NCBI GenBank assembly: GCA_964016885.1
Contig: CAXHJY010001260.1
Location: 1 to 53,709, forward strand
Length of the DNA: 53,709 nucleotides
Source of the DNA: Eledone cirrhosa
Taxonomy: Eukaryota
Reading direction: 5' to 3'
Below the pieces are notes generated by a model, which made no database searches, was not told where the DNA came from, and saw only the letters and a program-made list of their open reading frames with translations. The translations under genes and the position numbers were made by a program. Numbering within the stretch: the first letter of the stretch is position 1; every line of letters starts with the position of its first letter. Below are positions 1-11,760 of this stretch, piece after piece.

Positions 1-2922
1 GTCGTAGGCAAGCGTCTTAGCTATAAGCTATTCTGGGTAGGTAAGGATGATGGGTTAGGGGGAGTAGGCATTTTCCTGGCTGAGAAATGGATCAATAAGA
101 CAATAGAGGTAGTTCGAGTTAGTAATCGAATAATTAAGCTTAGATTAGTTGTAGGTAGGAGACTACTGACAATCATCTCGGTCTATGCTCCCCAAGCAGG
201 CCTAGGCAAAGATGAGAAAGACTGCTTTTATGAGCAACTTTTGCAAACAACCACAATGACAGAGGGCGGAGACATCGTTATGCTAGCAGGAGACTTCAAT
301 GGTCATGTTGGACAGCTCCAGGATGGTTACACTGGGGTACATGGTGGGCATGGTTACGGTTCAAGAAATGAAGAAGGAGTGAGACTTCTTGAATTTTGTG
401 ATGCAAGTACATTGACTATTTGCAACACAAACTTCCAGAAACCTGCCAATCACCTAATAACCTACAAATCTGGTGAGCACATAAGCCAGATTGACTTCCT
501 GCTAGTTAGGCAGCGGGACAGGCAGATAGTGTCTAATACCAAGGCATACCCTGGGGAAGAATGTACCCCACAGCATAGGTTAGTTGTTAGTGATATCTCA
601 GTAAGCAAGAGATGGAATGAGCCATATAGGAAGGTGTGGAGAAGAAAGGTCTGGAAGCTAAAAGACCTTTCACTAAAATTCAAATTTAGGAAAGCCCTTC
701 AAGATGTATATGACGAAAAAGAAGACGATTTAGAGACGTATGACATAGATAATAACTGGAAGTTCTTACGTGACAACTTGCTGAAGGCTACTGATGAAAC
801 TTGTGGCTGGAGCAGAGCCCCAACCAGACAGAGAGTGACCTGGTGGTGGAACAGCAGTGTAGATAAGGCTATTAGAGACAAAAGACTAGCATGGAAGGCT
901 TGGAATAAGGGTGGGAGTAGGGAAGAATATACAGCCACTAAGAGAGAAGCTAGACGTCAGGTGTACTTAGCACGCAGGGAGGCAGAGAGTAGGAGGTTTG
1001 CCAATGTTCTGCGACGGGAAGATCAGAGGCGTGCGGTGTTCCACATTGCAAGGCAGTGTGTCAATGCAAATCAGGATGTTGTTGGTGATAAATGTGTCCG
1101 GGATGATGCCGGTGTACTTAGTGTCACGAATGACCAGAAAAAGGAGGCCTGGAAATGCCATTATGAGAGACTGATGAATGTGGAGGACGAATGGGAGAGA
1201 GAGAAATTACCCTTGGTAGATCCGACAGAGGGACCAGCTATTGAGATTGACGAATATAGGGTCCAAGAGGCGATTAGGGAAATGAAAAATGGTAAGGCGG
1301 CCGGACCATCGGGAATAGTTGCTGAGATGCTGAAGGCATCAGGGGACGTAGGCACTAAACTGGTTGCACGCATAATCAATCAGGCTATATATGGTGGTGT
1401 CATACCCAAAGACTGGTGCAGCAGTATTCTCATAAATTGCTACAAAGGTAAAGGGGATGCTTTGGAGAGGAGCAATTATAGGGGTATAAAACTGATAGAT
1501 CAGGTTATGAAAGTGGCAGAAAGGATTTTAGCACAACTAATTAGAGAAAGGGTCAAACTAGATGAGATGCAGTTTGGTTTTGTGCCTGGGAAGAGTACAA
1601 CAGATGCCCTCTTCTTGGTGAGACAAATGCAAGAGAGGTTCTTAGAGAAGAATAAGCCACTATACTTGGCCTTTGTTGACCTAGAGAAGGCCTTTGATAG
1701 GGTACCCCGATCTGTCATCTGGTGGTCCCTAAGGAAGCTGGGTGTTGAGGAATGGCTTGTAAGGACAGTGCAAACTTTGTACAGAGGTACTCTCAGTAAA
1801 GTCAGGGTAGGAATGGAGTTTAGTGAGGAATTCCAGATACAAGTAGGAGTACATCAGGGTTCGGTCCTCAGCCCGCTCTTGTTCATTATAGTCCTCCAAG
1901 CCATAACAGAGGAGTTTAAGACTGGCTGTCCATGGGAACTTCTCTATGCTGACGATCTGGCTCTTATGGCAGAATCAGTAGAGGAGCTAGAGAATAAATT
2001 CCGGCTATGGAAACAGCAGTTGGAAGCAAGAGGACTGAGAGTAAATCTAGCTAAGACAAAAGTGTTGATGAGTAGAAAAGAGGACAAAACCCTGATTCCG
2101 TCAGGGAAATGGCCATGTTCGATATGCAGAAAAGGAACTGGCATAAATTCTATAAAATGCACACAATGTAGGTCCTGGGTACACAAGAGATGTAGCGGGA
2201 TAGCAGGCAAACTAACAGGTAGGGAGAAATATGTATGCAGTAGATGTACAGGGAAATTAGACAGTAGAAGTCGCACTGATAGACACATTTTTCAAATGCG
2301 AGAGGGCGCTATAGAAGTGGTGGATAGCTTCCGGTACCTAGGAGATCAGATTAGCATGGGAGGAGGGTGTTCCGAGGCCATAGTATCTAGAATAAGGACG
2401 GGTTGGAAGAAGTTTAGGGAGCTGCTTCCTCTGTTGACGAAGAAGGGTTTCTCCCTGCGTACGAAAGGCTGGTTGTATGATGCCTGTGTGAGGAGCGCGA
2501 TGCTGCATGGTAGTGAGACATGGGCAGCTACCGCAGAAGATATGCGACGGCTGGAGAGAAATGAGGCAAGCATGCTCCGTTGGATGTGCAGTGTAAATGT
2601 GCGTGAACGACCCAGCATAAATGTGTTGAGAGAGAAACTGTGTCTGAGAGGGATAGAATGTAGTGTACGGGAGAGGAGACTGAGGTGGTATGGACATGTG
2701 ATGCGCATGGAGGATGACCGATGGGTGAAGAAGTGCCAGGAAATGCCAGTTGAAGGAAGACGTAGTAGAGGTAGACCACGAAAAACATCGGCGGAGGTGG
2801 TGAGAACAGACCTCAGATCATTGAAGCTCACGGTGGAGATGACGAGGGACCGTGACGAGTGGAGAGATGCTGTGCTGAATAAGACCCGTCCCACCCTTGC
2901 GAGCAGGGAAAAGCGGACGTAA
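1..2922 (+). CDS. RTE-clade LINE (family A) ORF: APE endonuclease + reverse transcriptase with internal PHD-like zinc finger; 5' end lies outside the window
   Basis: Frame is open from base 1 (VVGKRLSYKLFWVG...TIISVYAPQ). APE motifs GDFNGHVG, SQIDFLLV and HRLVV; RT motifs NYRGIKLI, QFGF, FVDLEKAFDRV, GVHQGSVLSPLLF, LLYADDLAL and FRYLG; RTE C-terminus RRLRWYGHVMR...RGRPRKT. No stop before 2920-2922. Confidence 0.95.
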   Translation, partial: VVGKRLSYKLFWVGKDDGLGGVGIFLAEKWINKTIEVVRVSNRIIKLRLVVGRRLLTIISVYAPQAGLGKDEKDCFYEQLLQTTTMTEGGDIVMLAGDFNGHVGQLQDGYTGVHGGHGYGSRNEEGVRLLEFCDASTLTICNTNFQKPANHLITYKSGEHISQIDFLLVRQRDRQIVSNTKAYPGEECTPQHRLVVSDISVSKRWNEPYRKVWRRKVWKLKDLSLKFKFRKALQDVYDEKEDDLETYDIDNNWKFLRDNLLKATDETCGWSRAPTRQRVTWWWNSSVDKAIRDKRLAWKAWNKGGSREEYTATKREARRQVYLARREAESRRFANVLRREDQRRAVFHIARQCVNANQDVVGDKCVRDDAGVLSVTNDQKKEAWKCHYERLMNVEDEWEREKLPLVDPTEGPAIEIDEYRVQEAIREMKNGKAAGPSGIVAEMLKASGDVGTKLVARIINQAIYGGVIPKDWCSSILINCYKGKGDALERSNYRGIKLIDQVMKVAERILAQLIRERVKLDEMQFGFVPGKSTTDALFLVRQMQERFLEKNKPLYLAFVDLEKAFDRVPRSVIWWSLRKLGVEEWLVRTVQTLYRGTLSKVRVGMEFSEEFQIQVGVHQGSVLSPLLFIIVLQAITEEFKTGCPWELLYADDLALMAESVEELENKFRLWKQQLEARGLRVNLAKTKVLMSRKEDKTLIPSGKWPCSICRKGTGINSIKCTQCRSWVHKRCSGIAGKLTGREKYVCSRCTGKLDSRSRTDRHIFQMREGAIEVVDSFRYLGDQISMGGGCSEAIVSRIRTGWKKFRELLPLLTKKGFSLRTKGWLYDACVRSAMLHGSETWAATAEDMRRLERNEASMLRWMCSVNVRERPSINVLREKLCLRGIECSVRERRLRWYGHVMRMEDDRWVKKCQEMPVEGRRSRGRPRKTSAEVVRTDLRSLKLTVEMTRDRDEWRDAVLNKTRPTLASREKRT

Positions 2923-2948
2923 AATGATGATGATGATGATGATGATGA
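1..2948 (+). mobile_element. RTE-A non-LTR retrotransposon with (GAT)n 3' tail
   Basis: ORF ends ...CCCTTGCGAGCAGGGAAAAGCGGACGTAAAA directly followed by (TGA)n, a short-repeat tail typical of RTE elements. Confidence 0.93.
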
Positions 2949-2981
2949 TATATATATATTATATATATATTATATATATAT

Positions 2982-3014
<33 letters not shown>

Positions 3015-3024
3015 ATATATATAT

Positions 3025-3057
<33 letters not shown>

Positions 3058-3295
3058 ATATATATATTATATATATTATATATATTATATATATATATAT
3101 TATATATATTATATATATTATATATATATATATTATATATATTATATATATTATATATATATATATTATATATATTATATATTATATATATATTATATAT
3201 ATATATATTATATATATTATATATATATTATATATATATATTATATATATATATATTATATATATTATATATATATATATTATATATATATATAT

Positions 3296-3350
<55 letters not shown>

Positions 3351-3705
3351 ATTATATATATTATATATATTATATATTATATATATTATATATATTATAT
3401 ATTATATATATATATTATATATATTATATATATATTATATATATTATATATATATATTATATATATATTATATATATATATATATATTATATTATATATA
3501 TTATATATTATATATATATATATATTATATATATATATATATTATATATTATATATATATATATATTATATATATATATATTATATATATATATATATTA
3601 TATATATATATAATAGATATATATATATTATATATATATATTATATATATATTATATATATATTATATATATATTATATATATTATATATATATTATATA
3701 TATAT

Positions 3706-3736
<31 letters not shown>

Positions 3737-3772
3737 ATATATATATATTATATATATATATTATATATATAT

Positions 3773-3803
<31 letters not shown>

Positions 3804-3838
3804 ATATATATATATTATATATATATATATATTATATA

Positions 3839-3885
<47 letters not shown>

Positions 3886-3899
3886 ATATATTATATATA

Positions 3900-3944
<45 letters not shown>

Positions 3945-3967
3945 TATATATATATATATATTATATA

Positions 3968-4010
<43 letters not shown>

Positions 4011-4055
4011 ATTATATATATATATATATTATATATATATATTATATATATATAT

Positions 4056-4086
<31 letters not shown>

Positions 4087-4225
4087 ATATATATATATAT
4101 ATATTATATATATATATATTATATATATTATATATATATTATATATATTATATATATATATATATTATATATATATTATATATATTATATATATATTATA
4201 TATATTATATATATATTATATATAT

Positions 4226-4256
<31 letters not shown>

Positions 4257-4324
4257 ATATATATTATATATATATTATATATATTATATATATATTATAT
4301 ATATTATATATATATTATATATAT

Positions 4325-4355
<31 letters not shown>

Positions 4356-4602
4356 ATATATATATATTATATATATTATATATATATTATATATATTATA
4401 TATATATATATATTATATATATATTATATATATTATATATATATTATATATATTATATATATTATATATATTATATATATATATATATATTATATATATT
4501 ATATATATTATATATATTATATATATTATATATATTATATATATTATATATATTATATATATATATATTATATATATTATATATATTATATATATTATAT
4601 AT

Positions 4603-4633
<31 letters not shown>

Positions 4634-4766
4634 ATATATATTATATATATTATATATATATATTATATATATTATATAGATATATATATATTATATATAT
4701 TATATATATATATATATATTATACATGGAAAGTTATATTTAAAATTATTATATATATTATATATAT

Positions 4767-4801
<35 letters not shown>

Positions 4802-4946
4802 ATATATATATATATTATATATATATTATATATATATTATATATATATTATATATATATATATTATATATATATTATATATTATATATATATTATATATA
4901 TATTATATATATATATATTATATATATATATTATATTTATATATTT

Positions 4947-4985
<39 letters not shown>
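2949..4985. repeat. ~2 kb imperfect (TA)n microsatellite with TT interruptions
   Basis: Directly visible; explains the spurious IY-rich ORF 2897..3613. Confidence 0.97.
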
Positions 4986-4992
<7 letters not shown>

Positions 4993-5092
4993 TTCAAAAT
5001 ATTAATAAATATAGATATTCACGTAATCAATATATATTTTGGAGGTACTGTGTTGTTTGTTCAGTATATTCTCATCGGATAAAATATATAAA
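4985..5092 (-). mobile_element. Decayed hammerhead-bearing element (Penelope-like pLTR fragment)
   Basis: Minus strand TATTTTAT-CCGATGA-GAATATACTG...CAGTACCTCC-AAAA-TATATA, with both core boxes mutated. Its 3' part matches the palindrome arm at 47034-47068. Confidence 0.55.
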
Positions 5093-5165
5093 TTTATGTA
5101 TGACTTACTTCAACTGTGCTGGTGGTTCAATTCCAGTCTGTGTGTGTGCATATCTGTGTATATAT

Positions 5166-5663
5166 CATCATCGTTTAACGTCCATTTTCCATGCTAGCAT
5201 GGGTCTGGACGGGAATTGTCCCACTTGAGGCAAGCTTGGTTGTCTTGCTCAGGACTGTCTGGCGGGTTTTCTACGGCTGGATGCCCTTCCTAACACCAAC
5301 CACGTTTACAGTATGGACTGGCAGGTTTTTACCGTGTTACCTTCACGGCCACATTACAGCGTGGACTGTGTGTTTTATTGTCGTGACACCTACACGTCTG
5401 GTGGGTTTTCTATGGCTGGGTGCCCTTCCTAATACCAACCACGTTTACAGTGTGTACTGGGAGGTTTTTACCGTGTTACCTACACGGCCACATTACAGCG
5501 TGGACTGTGTTTTTTGTCGTGACACCTACACGACCTCATTTGTTTCGGACTGGATGTTGTGGTACCAACATAACTTCACATTTAAGGGGGCGATGGGGGT
5601 GGGGGTAGTGGGACGGGGGTGTATTTTGTTAGAGGTGCCTACTGACAAGGTTTCGCTTTGTAC
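5166..5663 (-). mobile_element. RTE-B extended 3' UTR ending in an RTE-type tail and (GAT)n
   Basis: Follows the RTE-B stop codon; homologous to 20911-21302, 28660-28835, 33055-33440 and 48058-48445; ends CCCATGCTAGCATGGAAAATGGACGTTAAACGATGATG. Confidence 0.85.
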
Positions 5664-7680
5664 TTAGGCAAGGCGGGTCTTCTGTATAACTGTGTAGCGC
5701 CAAAGATCTTGGAGAGGTGTAAGTGTGTGAGGTCGGAATTTATCAAGTCGTCCCAGGTTTTTCTGGGTCTGCCTACTCCGTGGCTACCGTCTATTTTTAT
5801 CGCCCTGCACTTTTTATACAGCTGTCGTCTTTCATGCGCATCACGTGACCGTACCAACGTAGTCTCCTCTCGAGTAAACAACATCTGATCCCTCTTATTT
5901 CTAATTTCTCCCTTAGTTCGTTTATGCTTTGCCGTTCACGTATATTACTATTACACATCCAGCGGAGCATGCAAGCTTCGTTTCTCTCCAGTCTGCGTAT
6001 ATCCTCTGCACACAATGCCCAGGTCTCACTGCCATGTAACATTGCTGTTTGTATGCAGGCATCATACAGCCTGCCTTTCATTTTTAGAGAGAACCCTTTA
6101 GCGGCCAATAGTGGTATAAGCTCTCTGAACTTTTTCCATCCTGTTTTGACTCTAGCTACTGTACTTTCAGAGCACCCTCCCCCACTGCTGATTTTGTCGC
6201 CCAGGTAACGGAAGCTGTCTACTATTTCTATAGAACCATCTGTGCAATGGAAAGAGCTAGTATTTTGTGGGCACTTGCTGCTACTTATTGCACCAGAGCA
6301 CCGGCCACATGTAAAATCTATGTTCTTAGTTAGCTTACCTGTGATCCCACTACATCTTTTATGCACCCATACTTTGCATTTGGGACATAAAATGGAGTTT
6401 CTGCCTACTCCTTTCCTACACACTGAGCATGGCCATTTCCCAGATGGGACCGGTGCTCTATTTTCCTTCCTACAAACTAGAATTTTAGTCTTAGACAAGT
6501 TAACTTTAAGGCCTTTTGATTCTAGGCCATGCTTCCATGTTTGGAATTTCTTCTCTAGTTCCGCCATTGATTCAGCTATGAGCATTAGATCATCTGCATA
6601 TAGGAGTTCCCATGGGCAGCTGGTCTTGAACTCCTCTCTTATAGCCTGAAGGGCAATAATAAATAATAGGGGGCTAAGGACGGAGCCCTGATGAACACCA
6701 ACTTTTACACTAAACTCTTCACTATATTCGTTGTTAATTCTAACCTTGCTGACTGTTTCTTTATACATGGCTTGTATAGCTCTCACAAGCCATTCATCAA
6801 CACCTAGTTTTCTAAGGGCCCACTAGATAATCGAGCGGGGTACTCTGTCAAAGGCTTTCTCCAAGTCAACAAAGGCTAAGTATAGGGGTTTACTTTTAGC
6901 TAGGTACTTCTCCTGTAGTTGTTGTACAATGATAGAGCATCTGTTGTACTTTTACCTGACACAAACCCGAACTGCATTTCGTCTAGATCAATTCACTCTC
7001 TGATTAGTTGCGCTATTACTTTTTCTGTGACCTTCATGACCTGGTCAATTAATTTAATGCCTCTATAGTTTCCCCTATCTAGGGCATCACCTTTACCCTT
7101 GTAGCAGTTAATGATGATGCTGCTGCGCCAGTCCTTCGGAACGACCCCATTCTGTATGACTTGGTTTACTATCCGAGTGACCATAGTGTGTCCCACCGTT
7201 CCAGATGCTTTCAGCATTTCGTCAACTATTTCCGAAGGCCCGGCGGCCTTGCCCGTCTTCATGTCTTTGATCGCCTTACTTATTATACTACCTTCAACTT
7301 GCACTGCTGGTCCCTCTATTGGGTCGATGTGGGGGAGACTGTCTTTCTCCCAATTATTCTCCTCATTTAGTAGCCTTTCGTAGTGACACTTCCAAGCTAC
7401 TTTCTTATCAGCGTCAGTGATGGCAAGTACACCATCATCATTTAGGACACACTTCTCCCCGACAATATCACTGTTTTCCTTGACACATTGCCTAGCAATC
7501 CTGAACACCTCACGTTTTTTGTCCTTGCGTTGTAGAACATGCTTGAACTATCTTTCCTCTGCTTCCCTTCTTGCGAAGTACACTTGTCTCCTAGCTTCCC
7601 TCCTGGCCACTTGATAGTCTTCTCTACTTCCCCCATCCCGTCATGCTTTCCAAGCCTGCTTTTTGGGCTTGATTGACCCA
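5664..7680 (-). pseudogene. RTE-clade LINE family B, 5'-truncated and disrupted RT ORF
   Basis: ORF pieces 6993..7508, 5797..6786 and 5639..5884 carry NYRGIKLI, GVHQGSVLSPLLF, LLYADD, the PHD-like finger and RWYGHV. There is a premature TAG near 6823 and frameshifts near 5815, 6930 and 6993. Confidence 0.92.
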
Positions 7681-7956
7681 TATATATATATACATCTGTG
7701 TGTGTGATCTATAATTGTCAGGCAAGTGATATGTTGAGACTGTGTGTTGAAACTAAGCCAATTGTAAATATTTCAAAGTAAACCATCTTAAAAAGCTATC
7801 AGCTTATCTTTATCATGTATTTCTTGGCGTCAATATTTTTTGATCACACCTTTTGTGACCTGGTCAATGACCCCCTGCTGCAGTGCAGTTACCTGTGATG
7901 AATCGATTGGAATTAGTTTGGATGTTTGTAGTATTATAGAACTACATTGTGTTTGA

Positions 7957-9368
7957 AGCTTTGTTGATATATCTTTATTTCTCTTGACATTTATGGTTGT
8001 GAATTATATATAACGATGTACAAGAGGTGTAGTTGGATTGCTAGTAGCTTAAAGGAAAATATAGACTTTGTATCTGGCAGATTGACAGATGTAAACGCAC
8101 GCCTACCTCCACCAACTTGACTACAGCCCTTATGCCGCTATATCCCCATACTTATCAGTCAATCTTACCCATTCCACCCACACAAACACATATAACTTCA
8201 TACCCATCTCCCTCCCCTGTTGCCCTCTCTCCCTAGAGTTGAGAGAGCTCTTCATTTGGGTCTATAACAAACAACTTCTCTGGTGGTGGTGCCATGAAAT
8301 TGCTCCTGATACACCCCGTATGGGTGGTTTGTGACAGGAAGGGCACCCCACTGTAGAAGCCATACCAAAAAGGGCTGAGAGGACACTTTAGCTGCGTCAA
8401 AGACATTACAATTGCTCTAGTGTTGGTGATGTTCATGATAAATGCACTGAGAACACGCTGTAAAGTGGTTAGTAATAGGAAAGGCATCCAGCCATAGAAA
8501 GCCTGCCAGGCAAAGGATTTGGTGGACTCTTTAGTTATGTCAAGAAAATGGCACCCTCCCTAGTACTGGTACACAATAAAAACACCCAGTACAGCCTGTA
8601 AAGTGGAAGGGCATCCGATCGTAAAAAGCTTGCCAAACAAGGGGTTGGGAGGTCCCTTCAGTAGCTTTGTTGATATATCTTTATTTCTCTTGACATTTAT
8701 GGTTGTGAATTATATATAACGATGTACAAGAGGTGTAGTTGGATTGCTAGTAGCTTAAAGGAAAATATAGACTTTGTATCTGGCAGATTGACAGATGTAA
8801 ACGCACGCCTACCTCCACCAACTTGACTACAGCCCTTATGCCGCTATATCCCCATACTTATCAGTCAATCTTACCCATTCCACCCACACAAACACATATA
8901 ACTTCATACCCATCTCCCTCCCCTGTTGCCCTCTCTCCCTAGAGTTGAGAGAGCTCTTCATTTGGGTCTATAACAAACAACTTCTCTGGTGGTGGTGCCA
9001 TGAAATTGCTCCTGATACACCCCGTATGGGTGGTTTGTGACAGGAAGGGCACCCCACTGTAGAAGCCATACCAAAAAGGGCTGAGAGGACACTTTAGCTG
9101 CGTCAAAGACATTACAATTGCTCTAGTGTTGGTGATGTTCATGATAAATGCACTGAGAACACGCTGTAAAGTGGTTAGTAATAGGAAAGGCATCCAGCCA
9201 TAGAAAGCCTGCCAGGCAAAGGATTTGGTGGACTCTTTAGTTATGTCAAGAAAATGGCACCCTCCCTAGTACTGGTACACAATAAAAACACCCAGTACAG
9301 CCTGTAAAGTGGAAGGGCATCCGATCGTAAAAAGCTTGCCAAACAAGGGGTTGGGAGGTCCCTTCAGT
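7957..9368. repeat. 706-bp direct tandem duplication (2 copies) containing old RTE-derived SINE fragments
   Basis: AGCTTTGTTGATATATC starts at 7957 and 8663; identical ORFs at 8233 and 8939 (offset 706). Confidence 0.93.
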
Positions 9369-9967
9369 TTGTGTCAAAAGGCATGACAACTTCACCTCTG
9401 TACTCAATATAACCATACGTAAGTGAGATACAGAGCCCTTAGCCTGCCTGCGAGTTCTGTAGGCCCACGTCAGTACTGACTTGGTCTAGACCCATCCAAC
9501 CCTTGCTAGCAGGGAAAGCAGATGTTGGAGGGCTGTATTGGAGTTGACATTCAGTTGGGCTGTTTGAGTTACCTGTTTGCAAGCTATCTCTCCACGTCTG
9601 ATGCTGCATGATGAGAGAAAGGATGGCATGACTTCAAGTAATGCTGGTCCTCAAGGTGAGAATCCTCATATATATAATGGGGTGGATGATTTGGGTCTAT
9701 TGAAGCCTTAGTTACTAACCTATGTCTGTGATGCTCTCTACAGTGGACTACCACGATAACTGAACACCAACCTTGACCAGATGAATGACAACAACTTGGT
9801 TATGGCTGAAGAACCCCATCAACACTTTTGGCTTAGTTTCCATGGCTGGATGCCTTTCCTAACACAAATCACTTTACAGAGTGTACTGGATGCATTTTAT
9901 CATGGAACTGCCAGGAGCTGCAACCAATAGATAGCATCAGCAATGGAAACATTATTTCCTTCGGTGA

Positions 9968-10552
9968 ATTGGCAGTATTGGGAGAGGGTCGGACGCCATG
10001 CTTTGACGTATAGAGTTACGGCCCTTGCCATTCTGAGTTCAAATCCCGCCGAGGTTGACTTTGCCTTTCATCCTTACGGGGTCGATAAAATAAAGTACCA
10101 GTAATGCACTGGGATAATTGCTGGCCTTGTGCCTAACGTAGAAACAATTATTTCTAGGTTCTGGATTGGCAGTATTGGGAGAGGTTCGGACGCCATGCTT
10201 TGACGTATAGAGTTACGGCCCTTGCCATTCTGAGTTCAAATCCCGCCGAGGTTAACTTTGCCTTTCATCCTTACGGGGTCGATAAAATAAAGTACCAGTA
10301 ATGCACTGGGATAATTGCTGGCCTTGTGCCTAAAGTAGAAACAATTATTTCTAGGTTCTGGATTGGCAGTATTGGGAGAGGTTCGGACGCCATGCTTTGA
10401 CGTATAGAGTTACGGCCCTTGCCATTCTGAGTTCAAATCCCGCCGAGGTTAACTTTGCCTTTCATCCTTACGGGGTCGATAAAGTACCAGTAATGCACTG
10501 GGATAATTGCTGGCCTTGTGCCTAAAGTAGAAACAATTATTTCCTTGGTTCT
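9968..10552 (+). mobile_element. Head-to-tail trimer (197-bp period) of tRNA-derived SINE family B (Nin/Deu-like domain)
   Basis: ATTGGCAGTATTGGGAGAG at 9968, 10165 and 10362; B-box GAGTTCAAATCCC; central ACTTTGCCTTTCATCCTTACGGGGTCGATAAAATAAAGTACCAG. Confidence 0.85.
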
Positions 10553-10922
10553 GTTGGATAAGTTGTACCTCTACTCCACAACCGAATGAGGTCTGGGACC
10601 TTGTCCATCAAACTCTGTGTTAGTATAGCCCTAGGAAGGCTGTCATGTCCTTCACCTCACTCAGCAGTTCTCTCAAGACTTTGTAAGATATGGTTTTAAC
10701 AGCTGCAATGTTCTTTTCCCAACACCAATCTATTTGGATAAGTGCACTGGCTGCATTTTATTTTGGCATCAACACTAGAGATGTTGTCTAGTCTTCAACA
10801 TGCTGGTGTATTTATATATATATATATCTATGTATATATATACATATATATATATATATGTATATATATACATATATATATATATATGTATATATACACA
10901 CATATATATATATGTGTATATA

Positions 10923-11247
10923 CACATGGCTTAGTGGTTAGAGCATTGGCCTTGCAATCGAAAGGTTGTGAGTTCAATTCTCAGACCGGGTGATGTGTTG
11001 TTTCCTTGAGCAAGACTCTTTATTTCACATTGCTCCAGTTTACTCAGCTGTAGAAATGAGATGATAGGGACTGGGGTCCCTATCATTCCACTGCAATGTG
11101 GTCGTGGAGGGGCCATGGCAAACAAGCACCCAGCACTCACTGTAAATGAGGTTGGTGTTAGGAAGGGCATCCAGCTGTAGAAATCAAGCCAGCATCAGTT
11201 CCCGTCCCACCCTTGCAGGCAGGGAAAGGCGGACGTAAAATGAAATG
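10923..11247 (+). mobile_element. tRNA-derived SINE family A with RTE-A 3' tail
   Basis: A-box TGGCTTAGTGG, B-box-like GAGTTCAATTCTC, CORE-like CCTTGAGCAAGAC; 3' end matches RTE-A 2885-2925. Confidence 0.9.
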
Positions 11248-11248
11248 A

Positions 11249-11281
<33 letters not shown>

Positions 11282-11340
11282 TAAATAAAGGAGAAATTCC
11301 AAACTCGTCCTCCATATAAAGTGCTCATGCTGGTGAAATA

Positions 11341-11500
11341 GCACCCAGTCCACCCTGTAAAGTGGTTGTGTTGGTGACACAACAGCACCCAGTCGACCGT
11401 GTAAAGTGGTTGTGTTGGTGACACAACAGCACCCACTCGACCCTGTAAAGTGGTTGTGTTGGTGACACAACAGCACCCAGTCCACCCTGTAAAGTGGTTG
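11341..11500 (+). repeat. 44-bp minisatellite (~4 copies) derived from the SINE/RTE-UTR module
   Basis: GCACCCA at 11341, 11385, 11429 and 11473. Confidence 0.85.
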
Positions 11501-11539
11501 TTTTGGCTCTGCCCAAGTCTTCCTTAATCTTCCTCTACT

Positions 11540-11740
11540 AATAATGGTTTTAGATTTAGGCACAAGGCCAGAAATTTGGGGGGAGGGGAAGTCAATCAAA
11601 TCTACCTCAGTGCATTACTGGTACTTTATTTTATCAAGTATGAAAGGCAAAACTAACCTCAGTGGGATTTGAAATCAGAACGTAAAGGGCCATAACTCTA
11701 TGCCAAGAAGCATTCTTGTCTGACACTCTACCAATTCTGA
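11540..11740 (-). mobile_element. Diverged SINE family B copy
   Basis: Reverse complement of family B (GGCACAAGGCCAG...CATTACTGGTACTTTATTTTATC...GAAAGGCAAA). Confidence 0.75.
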
Positions 11741-11760
11741 ATAATACGAAATACTGAACA

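Noticed and set aside
462-2894. Minus-strand ORFs overlapping RTE-A, and recurrent MPFLTPT ORFs elsewhere
   Set aside because: Antisense shadows of the LINE ORF and of SINE sequence.
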